Sequence record: SRR31156797_6884
Reading direction: 5' to 3' (one strand)
Length of the DNA stretch: 31,351 nt
This document shows, in pieces, positions 17,293 through 26,995 of the stretch. The notes beneath the pieces were generated by a model, which saw nothing but the letters and a program-made list of their open reading frames with translations, ran no database searches and was not told the origin of the DNA. The position numbers and the translations under genes were made by a program. How positions within the stretch are numbered: position 1 is the stretch's first letter; every line of letters starts with the position of its first letter.

Positions 17293-17718
17293 CTAAAACA
17301 CTTGCTGCATCTCGATTAACTGATGCTCTCCCACAATCTCAACCTCTCTGATAAACTGGAAGCCAAACTTTTCGTAATAGCTTCTCAAGTAATTATGGGC
17401 ATGGATTATTATTGAATTTACACCAATGTTTCCTGCATGTTCGATCAAAGCCGACACAACTTTAGACGCGATACCTAAACCTCTATACGCTTCCATGACC
17501 GCGACTCGTGCCATAACTGACGAACCATCTTTGTTAATGGTTAAGCGTGCTGTAGCGATAGGCACAGACTTTTCAATCACAAGAGCATGAATTGATTCCG
17601 AATCTAAACCATCAAGATCTAATTCTTGTGGGATATTCTGCTCAAGAGTAAACACTTGGTGGCGAATGGCCTGAGCCTGTTTCACTACCCCTAAATCCTT
17701 ACTTATAATTATTTCCAT
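17293..17718 (-). CDS. GNAT acetyltransferase (ElaA/YjcF-like)
   Basis: IRHQVFTLEQ...ELDLDGLD...ARVAVMEAYRGLGIA...YYEKFGF. Confidence 0.88.
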   Translation of the reverse strand: MEIIISKDLGVVKQAQAIRHQVFTLEQNIPQELDLDGLDSESIHALVIEKSVPIATARLTINKDGSSVMARVAVMEAYRGLGIASKVVSALIEHAGNIGVNSIIIHAHNYLRSYYEKFGFQFIREVEIVGEHQLIEMQQVF

Positions 17719-17727
17719 ATTATTATT

Positions 17728-17927
17728 TCACCAAACAAAATCAAATAGTTTCTTGTCACTTAATGCAATTAAAAAAATACCGTTCCCGTCTAATATTCTT
17801 GATGAGATCCACTTCGATTATTCATCTTCGTTAGCTGGATTGTCTAAACTACGGAAAGTTGGCGGTAGGCATGAAAAAGCTTGGACAATGGTACAGCATC
17901 TTCAAGTGTTGCTTCACGATATTCCAT
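17728..17927 (-). pseudogene. Truncated GNAT acetyltransferase pseudogene (N-terminal remnant)
   Basis: GAGG SD and ATG 17927 give MEYREATLEDAVPLSKLFHAYRQLSV; after a frameshift SLDNPANEDE*SKWISSRILDGNGIFLIALSDKKLFDFVW*; GNAT-like N-terminal pattern. Confidence 0.65.
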
Positions 17928-18008
17928 TGTTTCCTCTATAATTACATTCTTACATTTAAACGATAGATATGATTTCCAAAGCACCACAAACCAAAACCAT
18001 GCTCAACA

Positions 18009-18314
18009 CTAAGAGGTAATAGGTCGGAAGAAGCTACGTTCATAGCTCAGCACACAGTCGGTCTCTTCTGCATATTTGAATGCTGCCTTGCAACTTTCAT
18101 CTTGCGCGGATTCGTGGCGGTATTTTTCATATTCCGCTAGAGATGGGAATGAGAATAGCGCCATCGCTATATTGTTAGCACCCTCTGACGGTAAGAAATA
18201 GCCATGGTGAACACCTCCAAACTGTTCAACCAGAGGTATCCACATACGAGCATATTTCTCAAACTCTGAGATTTTCTTTGGGTCTACAACATATCTAACA
18301 TGACAAGTGATCAC
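18009..18314 (-). CDS. NIPSNAP family protein
   Basis: MITC.VRY.VDP.K..EFEKYAR.WI.LV..FGG.HHGYFLPSEGA..IA.ALFSFPSLAEYEKYR; AAGGAG SD before GTG. Confidence 0.88.
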   Translation of the reverse strand: MITCHVRYVVDPKKISEFEKYARMWIPLVEQFGGVHHGYFLPSEGANNIAMALFSFPSLAEYEKYRHESAQDESCKAAFKYAEETDCVLSYERSFFRPITS

Positions 18315-18727
18315 TGATTGCTCCTTCTATTCTGGAAGTTACACACATCCTATGCATTAGATTAGTTTGGTCAAAAGATCATAAATTCAAGTCACGTAGC
18401 TAAATTCTGTAAAAAGAAAAGGGGCAAATTCCTGTTACCAATGGCGTCAGTCGTGACTCTGCACGCATGACCAAAAGCATGGAAAAACTCTATATACGTG
18501 GCCAGTTTTAGTTAATCACTACAAGATGTCTGGAACATCTTGACCAGAATAGTGGCCCTTAACTGGCTTAAGGTTTTAGCTTGGGTTTATCTTGGTAGGG
18601 TCATAGGGGGCAGTGTGTCTTGATTCTAAAAGCCGACCAGATTTCAGCGTGGTTTGATAGGTATCTACTGAAGAAAAACAAAGAGTAAACGTGATTGTGA
18701 AGCTCTAATATCGGTCGTTAGCATGAT

Positions 18728-18766
18728 AAAAGCGAGTAGCCAAATAAAATGGTTCTCGCTTTTTTT
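18728..18766. terminator. Bidirectional-type terminator downstream of the YehS-like gene
   Basis: AAAAGCGAG...CTCGCTTTTTTT. Confidence 0.7.
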
Positions 18767-18798
18767 AATCAATTATCTCGTTCGATTCGAGATGAAAA

Positions 18799-19278
18799 TT
18801 ACCCAGTAAACTCTTCAGAATCGGGACGATTAGTAAACTGCACACCATTTAAGAAGTCGCACAGCAGTTGGTCTTCACACTGTTTGTAGTTTTTGTTGTT
18901 TGGCTTGCGGAAATACGCACCAATTTCGTATTTACTTAAACTAGTACCAACCACTTCTAATACGTCCAACACATCTTCTGCTTTCATGTCTAGCGCAATG
19001 CGCAGCTTCATGAGAATCATGTTGTTGGTCAACGTGACTTCTGGCTTAGGTTGCTCGCCGTCTTTTTTTCCTCGCTTGAGGTTAATAAAGCCATTTAAGA
19101 ATACCGCTAACTCTTGATCCTTCATCTTAACGCAAGATTTGTCGCTTTCATCTTTTAACCAGTTAGCCACTTTATCGTGAGCCACAGTCACTTCGGCCTG
19201 CCCGAAAGCTTTCATTATCTGCGCGTTTTTAAGGTTTAACGCGTGTTGGATACGACGTAAAATTTCGTTGTTAGTCAC
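18799..19278 (-). CDS. DUF1456 (YehS-like) family protein
   Basis: Duplicated MTNNEILRRI / LTNNMILMKLRIAL and FLNG motifs; AGGA SD before GTG. Confidence 0.85.
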   Translation of the reverse strand: MTNNEILRRIQHALNLKNAQIMKAFGQAEVTVAHDKVANWLKDESDKSCVKMKDQELAVFLNGFINLKRGKKDGEQPKPEVTLTNNMILMKLRIALDMKAEDVLDVLEVVGTSLSKYEIGAYFRKPNNKNYKQCEDQLLCDFLNGVQFTNRPDSEEFTG

Positions 19279-19606
19279 TAGGGATTCCTAAAATGAGTTC
19301 TAAGGGTGAATAAAAATCCATCAATGACATGCAATCTGTGAGTGTCTTTATTCAATAGCGTAGTTGACGGTGACTTTAACAGAGAACACGTTTCTTCGGT
19401 AGGTTAAAAAATAGAAATAAGACGGCCTATTCGAACTAGTTGGCTAAGTTGGTAAGACCCCACTTTCATAGACACTATGCTGATTAGAAGAAGTAGGTCA
19501 AACCACCTCTTGTGAGGTAGAAGGTTACTGGCAAGGAATGGGGCATTTCTAAGCTAGAGGGGAGTTGTTCATTGGAGCTCATAACTTAGTAAAGGCTATT
19601 AAAACT

Positions 19607-19632
19607 AAAAAAGCGAGCACTAGGCTCGCTTT
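19607..19632 (-). terminator. Rho-independent terminator of ackA
   Basis: AAAGCGAGC-N5-GCTCGCTTT stem followed by a T-run on the minus strand. Confidence 0.8.
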
Positions 19633-19657
19633 AACAATTTAGCTTGTATTCGAAGAC

Positions 19658-20851
19658 TTACAGAAGTTCTACCGATTGCAGAGCAATCACATATTCTTCG
19701 TTAGTTGGAATCACCATCGCCACTGCGTCAAGCAGTTCAGATTTACCAATCACACCGGCGTTGCCGAAACGTGCGTCTTCGTTACCTTTTACATCTTCAA
19801 CAAAACCTAACAGTTTTAGGTTGCTTAAGATTTCACGACGAATATCTAACGAGTTCTCACCGATACCACCAGTAAAGATGATTGCGTCTAGGCTATCAAG
19901 TGGGATCATGTATGAACCAATGTATTTCGCTACACGGTAAGTGAACACTTCGAACGCCAGTTTTGCGCCTTCGTGACCTTGTTCCATCGCTTCAAGGATG
20001 CCACGTGCATCTGACGTCAAACCGGATACACCTAAGAAGCCAGACTTCTTATTCAAAGTGCTAAAGACTTCTTCTTGTGACCAACCTTTCTTCAATAGAA
20101 ACTCGATAATACCTGGGTCTAAGTCGCCAGAACGCGTACCCATCATCAAGCCCGCAAGCGGTGTGAAGCCCATTGAAGTATCAACCGATTTACCGTTGCG
20201 AATCGCACAGACTGAAGCGCCATTACCTAAGTGAACGGTAATGAAGCTTGAATCGTCGATGGATTTATCAAGCATTTTTGCTGCTTCACGGCTAACGAAA
20301 TAGTGGCTAGTACCGTGAAAACCGTAGCGACGAATACCGTACTGTTCATACAGTTCGTGAGCAATCGCACCAGTAAACGCTTTTTGAGGCATGGTTTGGT
20401 GGAATGCAGTATCGAACACAGCGAATTGAGGAAGGCTTGGGAAGGCTTGCATTGCAGCACGAATGCCTTTTGCGCCTGCCGGGTTGTGGAGCGGAGCGAG
20501 ATCCGACAGGTTTTCAATTTCAGTCAGTACTTCGTCATTGATACGCACAGTAGAAGTGAATTTCTCACCACCATGAACGATACGATGACCTACTGCAACC
20601 AAGTCCTTTGTGAAACCCAAGCTTTCCATCAAACCTACAATACGGTTAATCGCATGTTGATGATGATTGTCTGGAGCCGTAATCGCCTCTTCAGTTTTCT
20701 CACCCTGATATTTCCAACCAAGGACTGCTTCAGGAAGGCCGAAGCATTCCCCTAAGCCAGTAACTAATGCTTCACCGTTCTTTGAATCAATTACTGCAAA
20801 TTTTAGTGAGGAGCTACCAGAGTTGATAACCAACACATACGAGTTAGACAT
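19658..20851 (-). CDS. ackA: Acetate/propionate kinase (stand-alone paralogue, no pta)
   Basis: VLVINSGSSSLKF, GHRIVHGG, LAPLHNP, VFDTAFHQT, YGFHGTSH, HLGNGAS, FTGGIGENS, PTNEE; ATG at 20851. Confidence 0.95.
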   Translation of the reverse strand: MSNSYVLVINSGSSSLKFAVIDSKNGEALVTGLGECFGLPEAVLGWKYQGEKTEEAITAPDNHHQHAINRIVGLMESLGFTKDLVAVGHRIVHGGEKFTSTVRINDEVLTEIENLSDLAPLHNPAGAKGIRAAMQAFPSLPQFAVFDTAFHQTMPQKAFTGAIAHELYEQYGIRRYGFHGTSHYFVSREAAKMLDKSIDDSSFITVHLGNGASVCAIRNGKSVDTSMGFTPLAGLMMGTRSGDLDPGIIEFLLKKGWSQEEVFSTLNKKSGFLGVSGLTSDARGILEAMEQGHEGAKLAFEVFTYRVAKYIGSYMIPLDSLDAIIFTGGIGENSLDIRREILSNLKLLGFVEDVKGNEDARFGNAGVIGKSELLDAVAMVIPTNEEYVIALQSVELL

Positions 20852-20981
20852 GGGACTCTTTCCTGTATCCGACGATAAGTTTGAAGCTAAAGCTTCGTGC
20901 GTTTGCGTATACCCATTATTCAATAATTTTTTAATCTTTCAACTTTGTTTTAATTTTTTCATCCAACTCTTACGATTTTTT

Positions 20982-20995
20982 TTGATCTCCAGCAA
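20982..20995. promoter_or_regulatory. FNR-like box upstream of ackA
   Basis: TTGAT-CTCC-AGCAA, one mismatch to TTGAT-N4-ATCAA. Confidence 0.35.
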
Positions 20996-21177
20996 GAAAT
21001 TATTTTTTTCGATATTTGAAATATTTAAATTGTGTTACTCCGCAAACGTTACAAATAAAACAGAAAAACCGCTTACAAATCAATATAAACGGTTGATTTT
21101 ACTAGCCAAAATGTTGTTATTTATTTTGATATCAATACAACACAAGATGCATATTGCGAAGATTGATTAAAATTTTG

Positions 21178-23166
21178 TTAGAACTGATAAGCGACCGAAA
21201 GTTTATAACTTCTTCCTGGTTCGTAATCGTCAGTCAAAATATTACGAGCCGTTCCAATTCGTGAAGCATGAGACACATAAAGCTCATCAAAGACATTGTC
21301 GATACCGAACGTGACCACTAAATCCGGCACCTGATGCGGAACCCACTGGGCATGCATGCTGTGAACATCGTAGCCCTGTTTCTCGTCCACTCCAGCCATC
21401 ACGTTGTCTTCATCAAGTACGACGATTGATGTCCAGCCAAACAGCGTGTCGATAGAGTCAGCCTGATAGCCTACGCTAAACGCAAAGCTATCTCCCATAT
21501 CAGCACTTGTGCCATAAGAGTTAGGCATTGGACCACCATTAGTGACATCTTTAGTATCTGTACGTGAGTAAGAAAGTTTTGCACTTAGAAGCTCATAGGC
21601 GTAAGAAGTACTTACTTCAAACCCTTCCATTTCCATATCGCCCAAGTTATACATCGTCTCAATACCCGTAGCTCGGTCGTACTCAGTTGAGATGTAATCG
21701 TCAATTTCAGTCTTAAACACAGTCACGTTTAAGCCAACAAAGTGATCATCGATACGCTTATCAAACTTCAATCCAGCCTGATAGTTCATGCCCGTTTCAG
21801 CTTCAATATTTGGGGCTAAGAAAAACACATCTTGATATCGAACAAACGTTTCCAGAAGCTCAGGGCCCTTAAACAACGAACGCGCATTGGCAAACAGTGT
21901 CAAATCTTGAGTGACATCCCACTCGGTACCGAGTGACCATGTGACGTCATCAAAGGTTTGGTCAGAAGTCACCGCTTTACGTTGATAGTTGTCGTAGCGC
22001 AAGCCAGTTGTGATTGACCAAGCTTCCGTCACAGACAGCGTGTTCTCAGCAAATACTGCTGTCGACACTGTCGACTCTTCCATAAATTTAGAGCCACCGT
22101 ATTCACTTTCACTGGTTTGATCGATGTAGTCACCGCCATAAGTCACTTGGTGAATTGAGCCAAACAATTCATAGTCTGATTGGAATTTAACATTCGCACC
22201 CAAATTTTGGTTGGTGGCGATGTTTTGCGAGCGACGATTACCAGGCCAACGACCGGTAATCACAGCCTCGTCACGGTCAATTTCCGTCTCACTGCTATAT
22301 AGCGTCACCTTACCTTTATGATTCTCGCTATCGAGCTCATAAGATGCTGTGACGGTATCGCGATTATACTTAGTCGGGATTAACTCTTCTTTCGTCAACG
22401 CTTCGTTGGCGGAGCCTGACATATCAGGACGCGGGTTGTAGTCACCATCGTCTCGATAGGCATCGTAAGAGAGCTGGAAACGGTGGCCAAATGTTGGTTC
22501 AAAACCAACTTTGCCTAACACATTGTAAGTATCACCATCCGCGCCAAGTGTTTCGTACCCATTTCCATCTTCAAAATTGTCACGGGAAATCTGATGGCCG
22601 TAAACCATCAAGTCAACACGTTCGCCAATCTGACCATAAGCAGTAAGCGATCCTTGTTGATTCGCGTTAGTGGCAAAGCCGCCATAAACACGTGCGCCAA
22701 ACTGTTCATCATAACGCAACAAATCTCTCGCGTTTTTGGTCTCGAAATAGACAGCACCACCCAGCCCACTGGATACCACTGAGTTGTTACCTACTTGAAT
22801 ATCCGCTGATTTCAATATGTCAGGGTTAAGCGTCAAGCTGCCAATATGGTGGAACATATTGGCATGCTGTGAAGCACCGTCTAATCGGATATCTAAATCA
22901 CCTTCACCTAGCCCACGAATATTGATGCGTTGATTAACTGAGTGGGTACCGCCAACATCCACACCTGGAATATCTCGCAGCAAATCCGACATGTGATCGG
23001 CTTGTTTTAATGAAAGATCATCGCTACTTAACGACTCTGAGTCACTGGAAACCTTCGTTCCCCATACCACAACCTCTTCATGCTGAGCTTCTTGTTGTGC
23101 AAATGCACCACCACTTAAAATGGCTGAAATCGCCAAATAGACCACCGACTTTTTATTAGGATACAT
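21178..23166 (-). CDS. vctA: TonB-dependent ferric catechol/enterobactin receptor, VctA-like
   Basis: Signal peptide ending AFA-Q; TonB box EEVVVWGT; plug DLLRDIPGV...INIRG; C-terminal GRSYKLSVAYQF; divergent AraC gene and vctPDGC synteny; ATG 23166 with AAGGA SD. Confidence 0.85.
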   Translation of the reverse strand: MYPNKKSVVYLAISAILSGGAFAQQEAQHEEVVVWGTKVSSDSESLSSDDLSLKQADHMSDLLRDIPGVDVGGTHSVNQRINIRGLGEGDLDIRLDGASQHANMFHHIGSLTLNPDILKSADIQVGNNSVVSSGLGGAVYFETKNARDLLRYDEQFGARVYGGFATNANQQGSLTAYGQIGERVDLMVYGHQISRDNFEDGNGYETLGADGDTYNVLGKVGFEPTFGHRFQLSYDAYRDDGDYNPRPDMSGSANEALTKEELIPTKYNRDTVTASYELDSENHKGKVTLYSSETEIDRDEAVITGRWPGNRRSQNIATNQNLGANVKFQSDYELFGSIHQVTYGGDYIDQTSESEYGGSKFMEESTVSTAVFAENTLSVTEAWSITTGLRYDNYQRKAVTSDQTFDDVTWSLGTEWDVTQDLTLFANARSLFKGPELLETFVRYQDVFFLAPNIEAETGMNYQAGLKFDKRIDDHFVGLNVTVFKTEIDDYISTEYDRATGIETMYNLGDMEMEGFEVSTSYAYELLSAKLSYSRTDTKDVTNGGPMPNSYGTSADMGDSFAFSVGYQADSIDTLFGWTSIVVLDEDNVMAGVDEKQGYDVHSMHAQWVPHQVPDLVVTFGIDNVFDELYVSHASRIGTARNILTDDYEPGRSYKLSVAYQF

Positions 23167-23194
23167 ATCCTTCAGTTCCTTTTTTATACAGATT

Positions 23195-23215
23195 AAATGA
23201 TAATAATTATCAATT
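23195..23215. promoter_or_regulatory. Fur box between vctA and vctR
   Basis: AAATGATAATAATTATCAATT closely matches the Fur 7-1-7 pattern. Confidence 0.85.
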
Positions 23216-23290
23216 ATGTTAATCTTTGTTGCATATGCAGGGAACATGAATGAGTTATGCGAAATCGCATAACAGTTATGAGAAGTTGTG

Positions 23291-24286
23291 ATGAGTGTGA
23301 TTGGGAAAAAACCGTCGGTTAAGAAAGTTGCTTTGACTCGCAAAGTGGTTGAAAACGAAAAACAGATTATCATCGCGAATGACAAGAAAAAACGGCGATC
23401 GCTGGCTGAAGGCCAATTCATTCATCATGAGTGCAATAACATCTTTAGCTTACACGGAGGCGTCAGTAAGGAGCTTGAAACGTCTCAAGTGGTTTATACC
23501 AGCAATGCATCAACCATCATCACTCTGCTGTTAGAAGGACGGATAAAGTTTGGCTACGACGACTTAGCGTTCGACCTATCGGCAAATGAGCAACCAAGAG
23601 CTTTGATCGTAAACTTAACTCAGCCATGCAATTTCCACCGTCAACTCGTCCTGGGAAACCATGTAACCAAGTTAAATATCACCATTAACCGTCAATGGTT
23701 ACATTCGCGAAGTAGACACTCATGCCCTGCCACTCAGTTTCTATCCCAGCATAAATCCGCAGCTGAGCTTAGGTTCACCCCTAAGATGTTGGCAATGACT
23801 CACCGAGCGTTGAAAGTCGCGACACCCAAAACACTTACGGATTATGTTCAACTTGACGCATCAATATTTGCTTTGATTGAACAGTGTGTAGAACAGATAG
23901 CGAGTTGTAATATGATAAATCCACAACTGGCAACACGGTATTGTGACTCTGTAGATCGTGCGATTCACTATATTGAACAAAACTTGAAGCGAGATATTTC
24001 CATCGACCAACTAGCACGACAAATGGCGATGAGTGTGTCCAGTTTACAAAACAAATTTAAGCAGCAACTCGGAATGACGGTTGCAAGCTACATAAAAGAT
24101 AGGCGACTGCATATTGCGAGAAAGCATCTCGAACGCGGTTACTGTACCGTGACAGAAGCGGCTTACGATGCAGGCTATAACCACCCTTCTAACTTCTCAG
24201 CAGCATTTAAAAAAGCCTTTGGTGTTTCACCGCAGGCTTTCGTCAATCATTCAAACTGTTGTGAAAAGAGTACTCAAGGTGACTAG
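23291..24286 (+). CDS. vctR: AraC family regulator, VctR-like
   Basis: C-terminal HTH VTEAAYDAGYNHPSNFSAAFKKAFGVSP; divergent from vctA as in V. cholerae; start GTG 23288 or ATG 23291. Confidence 0.8.
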   Translation: MSVIGKKPSVKKVALTRKVVENEKQIIIANDKKKRRSLAEGQFIHHECNNIFSLHGGVSKELETSQVVYTSNASTIITLLLEGRIKFGYDDLAFDLSANEQPRALIVNLTQPCNFHRQLVLGNHVTKLNITINRQWLHSRSRHSCPATQFLSQHKSAAELRFTPKMLAMTHRALKVATPKTLTDYVQLDASIFALIEQCVEQIASCNMINPQLATRYCDSVDRAIHYIEQNLKRDISIDQLARQMAMSVSSLQNKFKQQLGMTVASYIKDRRLHIARKHLERGYCTVTEAAYDAGYNHPSNFSAAFKKAFGVSPQAFVNHSNCCEKSTQGD

Positions 24287-25044
24287 CTCGTATGATACAA
24301 ACACATGCGTTTTCCTTCCATTTCAACCACTCGGAAAGGCGTTTCGTAGATATCCTCTAACACTTGCTCTTGAATGACTTGTTCAACACTGCCGCTAGCG
24401 ACAACCTCACCCTTCTTAAGCGCCATAATGTAATCGGAATAACAAGACGCAAAATTAATATCATGAATCACCACGACCACGGCTTTATTAAGCTCGTGGG
24501 CCAAGCGTTGAATCGTCGCCATAATTTGCAGTGAATGTTTGATATCCAGGTTGTTTAACGGCTCATCTAAGAACACATAATCGGTGTCTTGCGCGATCAC
24601 CATAGCGATAAAAGCAAGCTGTCGTTGACCACCACTGAGCTCATCAAGATACTTGTGTTGAATTTCTTGTAAATCCAGATAAGAAATCGACTGATCAATA
24701 ATGGTTTGATCTTCAGCCGTTAACTTACCTTTTGAGTATGGAAAACGGCCAAAGGAAACCAACTCTCGCACGCTGAAACGCATGGTTAAGCTGTTAGCCT
24801 GACGCAGTACAGACAGCTTTTTCGCTAACGCTTTGGTATCCCAATCAACCAGCTCCTGATTATCAATCCATACCTCACCAGCGTCACGGTTAATCAATCG
24901 ACTTGCCATCGATAGCAAAGTACTTTTTCCTGCACCGTTAGGGCCAATGATTGACGTTACTTTGCCTTTCTCAAAATCGGCACTCGCAGACTTTACCACT
25001 GTTTGTTGGCCAAACATTTTTGTTAATTTATCCAGTTTGATCAT
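24283..25044 (-). CDS. vctC: Iron-siderophore ABC transporter ATPase
   Basis: GPNGAGKST, LSGGQRQ, FLDEPLNNLD, VIHD; last gene of the operon. Confidence 0.9.
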   Translation of the reverse strand: MIKLDKLTKMFGQQTVVKSASADFEKGKVTSIIGPNGAGKSTLLSMASRLINRDAGEVWIDNQELVDWDTKALAKKLSVLRQANSLTMRFSVRELVSFGRFPYSKGKLTAEDQTIIDQSISYLDLQEIQHKYLDELSGGQRQLAFIAMVIAQDTDYVFLDEPLNNLDIKHSLQIMATIQRLAHELNKAVVVVIHDINFASCYSDYIMALKKGEVVASGSVEQVIQEQVLEDIYETPFRVVEMEGKRMCLYHTS

Positions 25045-25046
25045 GA

Positions 25047-25997
25047 CTAAACCACTTTGTTGCGAATCAAGAGAGAAAGAAAATAAATACCGCCAATAAA
25101 GTTAATAATGACGCTTAAAGTCGTACCGAAATGGAACACTTTTTCCACCAGCCATTGGCCGGATAACAAGGCACAAACCGACATAGCTGAGCAGGCGAAA
25201 AGCAGCACTCGATGTTGATAAGATTGAAACCACTCGCGAGTTAAGTTCGTAACCAATAAACCGAAGAACATAATTGGTCCGACTAAGGCGGTCGAAATAG
25301 AGATCAATACCGCACTCAGTAAAAGAATATTGCGCGTAGTACGGCGTACATCCACGCCTAAACTGATTGCGTTATCTTTATCCAACCAGAAAACATCCAA
25401 CACTCTATTCATTCGGAACAACACGGCCGCAGCCGCAGCCAATAACGGCGTAGCAAAATACACCAGATTGACGCTTACGTTGTTAAAACTGGCAAACATA
25501 TTGGCCTGTAATGTGGCGAAATCGTTCGGATCCATCAGCATGACAAAGAATGAAGATATATTGGAAAACAACTGTCCGAATATCACCCCCAACAATAGCA
25601 ACATCATCAAACTTTGGTTCTCTCTACGGAAGTAGAACGCAAACAGCAAACTTGAGAACATCAGCATCGTAGACACTGACAGCGAAAAGTTGAAATAGGC
25701 ATTCAAAGTAAAGCTACTCACACCGCCAAAAATGGCCACGATACAAGTTTGAGTTAGCATATACAGCGAGTCGAACCCCATAATACTAGGGGTTAGAATT
25801 CGGTTGTGTGTAATGGTCTGAAACGCCAATGATGACTGAGCAATAGCAACGCCAGCAATCACAATCGCAAGGACTTTTGGCACGCGACGCGATAAGAAAT
25901 ACTGGTAGTTATCCGCATTTAATCCCACACCAATAAATAGGAACATGAAAAGAATGGAAACACTGACCAAGAGTAAAAGTTTGGTTCTATCCTGCAT
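25047..25997 (-). CDS. vctG: Iron-siderophore ABC transporter permease (FecCD family)
   Basis: FQTITHNRILTPSIMG, AISLGVD, LVGPIMFFGL; start overlaps the end of vctD. Confidence 0.88.
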   Translation of the reverse strand: MQDRTKLLLLVSVSILFMFLFIGVGLNADNYQYFLSRRVPKVLAIVIAGVAIAQSSLAFQTITHNRILTPSIMGFDSLYMLTQTCIVAIFGGVSSFTLNAYFNFSLSVSTMLMFSSLLFAFYFRRENQSLMMLLLLGVIFGQLFSNISSFFVMLMDPNDFATLQANMFASFNNVSVNLVYFATPLLAAAAAVLFRMNRVLDVFWLDKDNAISLGVDVRRTTRNILLLSAVLISISTALVGPIMFFGLLVTNLTREWFQSYQHRVLLFACSAMSVCALLSGQWLVEKVFHFGTTLSVIINFIGGIYFLSLLIRNKVV

Positions 25998-26923
25998 GGT
26001 GTTTACCCTTCATCAGTAACAGAATAAATGTAAAACCACCCAAGATACTGATAATCATGGAAATAGGCACTTCATAAGGGAAAATAATCACGCGGCTGAG
26101 CAAATCACACAATAGAACGATTAATGCACCGAACAGCGCGGTACGAGGAATGTTCGCTCGCAGATTATCACCATAGTAATAACTGACAATATTCGGCACG
26201 ATCAATCCAAGAAACGGCAGTTGGCCAACAATCATAACCACGGTAGCAGCCATAATTGAAACAAGACAAACACCGATAACCAGCACTTGTGTGTAGTTCA
26301 GCCCTAAGTTGACCGCGAAATCTTTACCCATACCCACCGCAGAAATTCGCGTGGCATACAGGTAACTAAATATGGCGACAGGGATAGCAATGTACAGAAG
26401 CTCAAAATCGCCCTGTAAAAGATTGGCGAAGTTCGCCACGGTCCAGGAAGAAAGATTCTGTACCGCATCATATTTGTACGCAACGAAGGTTGCGGCCGAT
26501 TGAACCACATTACCAAAGATGATGCCGACAAGCGGAACAAAGATAGCATTCTTAAATTGAATGTTTTGAATAAACCAAACAAACACCAAAGTACCACCCA
26601 TGGCCATAGCGAAAATCAACCACAGTTGATCACCATTGCCAAACAGCACCAAACTCAGCACATAACCGAACATGGCACACTCTATGGTTCCCGAAGTCGA
26701 TGGCGCGGCAAATCTATTTTGACTGATTTGCTGCATAATCAGACCTGCAATACTTAACCCTGCCCCCGCAAGAAGCACAGCCAAAAGTCGTGGTAAACGG
26801 CTGGTTGTCAGCAGTTGCCACGATGCCTGATCGTTATTTAACAGTGAAGTAAAAGAGAGATTACCGACGCACAAATAAGGAGGCGACGCTAATTAAAAAT
26901 AAAGCAAGCAATAACCGTTTCAA
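25987..26923 (-). pseudogene. vctD: Iron-siderophore ABC permease with a frameshift near codon 18
   Basis: GAGG SD and TTG 26923 give MKRLLLALFLISVASLFV then stop at 26861-26863; the main frame continues VGNLSF...SRLPRLLAV...MQQISQNRFAAPST; 937 nt, 2 nt short of an intact frame. Confidence 0.8.
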
Positions 26924-26936
26924 AGTTAACCTCAGC

Positions 26937-26977
26937 TTGGGGGGTAAAAGTCGACATACACCGCTCTTACCCCTCAA
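26937..26977 (-). promoter_or_regulatory. Intercistronic hairpin between vctP and vctD
   Basis: Minus strand TTGAGGGGTAAGAG...CTTTTACCCCCCAA 14-bp imperfect stem, just upstream of the vctD SD. Confidence 0.6.
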
Positions 26978-26995
26978 CAATTTGACACTAAGATC

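Noticed and set aside
17753..17941. 62-aa plus-strand ORF
   Set aside because: Antisense shadow of the minus-strand GNAT pseudogene.
20852..21170. ackA N-terminal extension and the 115-aa plus-strand ORF 20823-21170
   Set aside because: AT-rich promoter DNA with F/L/I/K-biased translation; AckA family similarity starts at MSNSYVLV.
23167..23421. 85-aa N-terminal extension of the TonB-dependent receptor
   Set aside because: It runs through the Fur box and into vctR; the signal peptide and SD point to ATG 23166.
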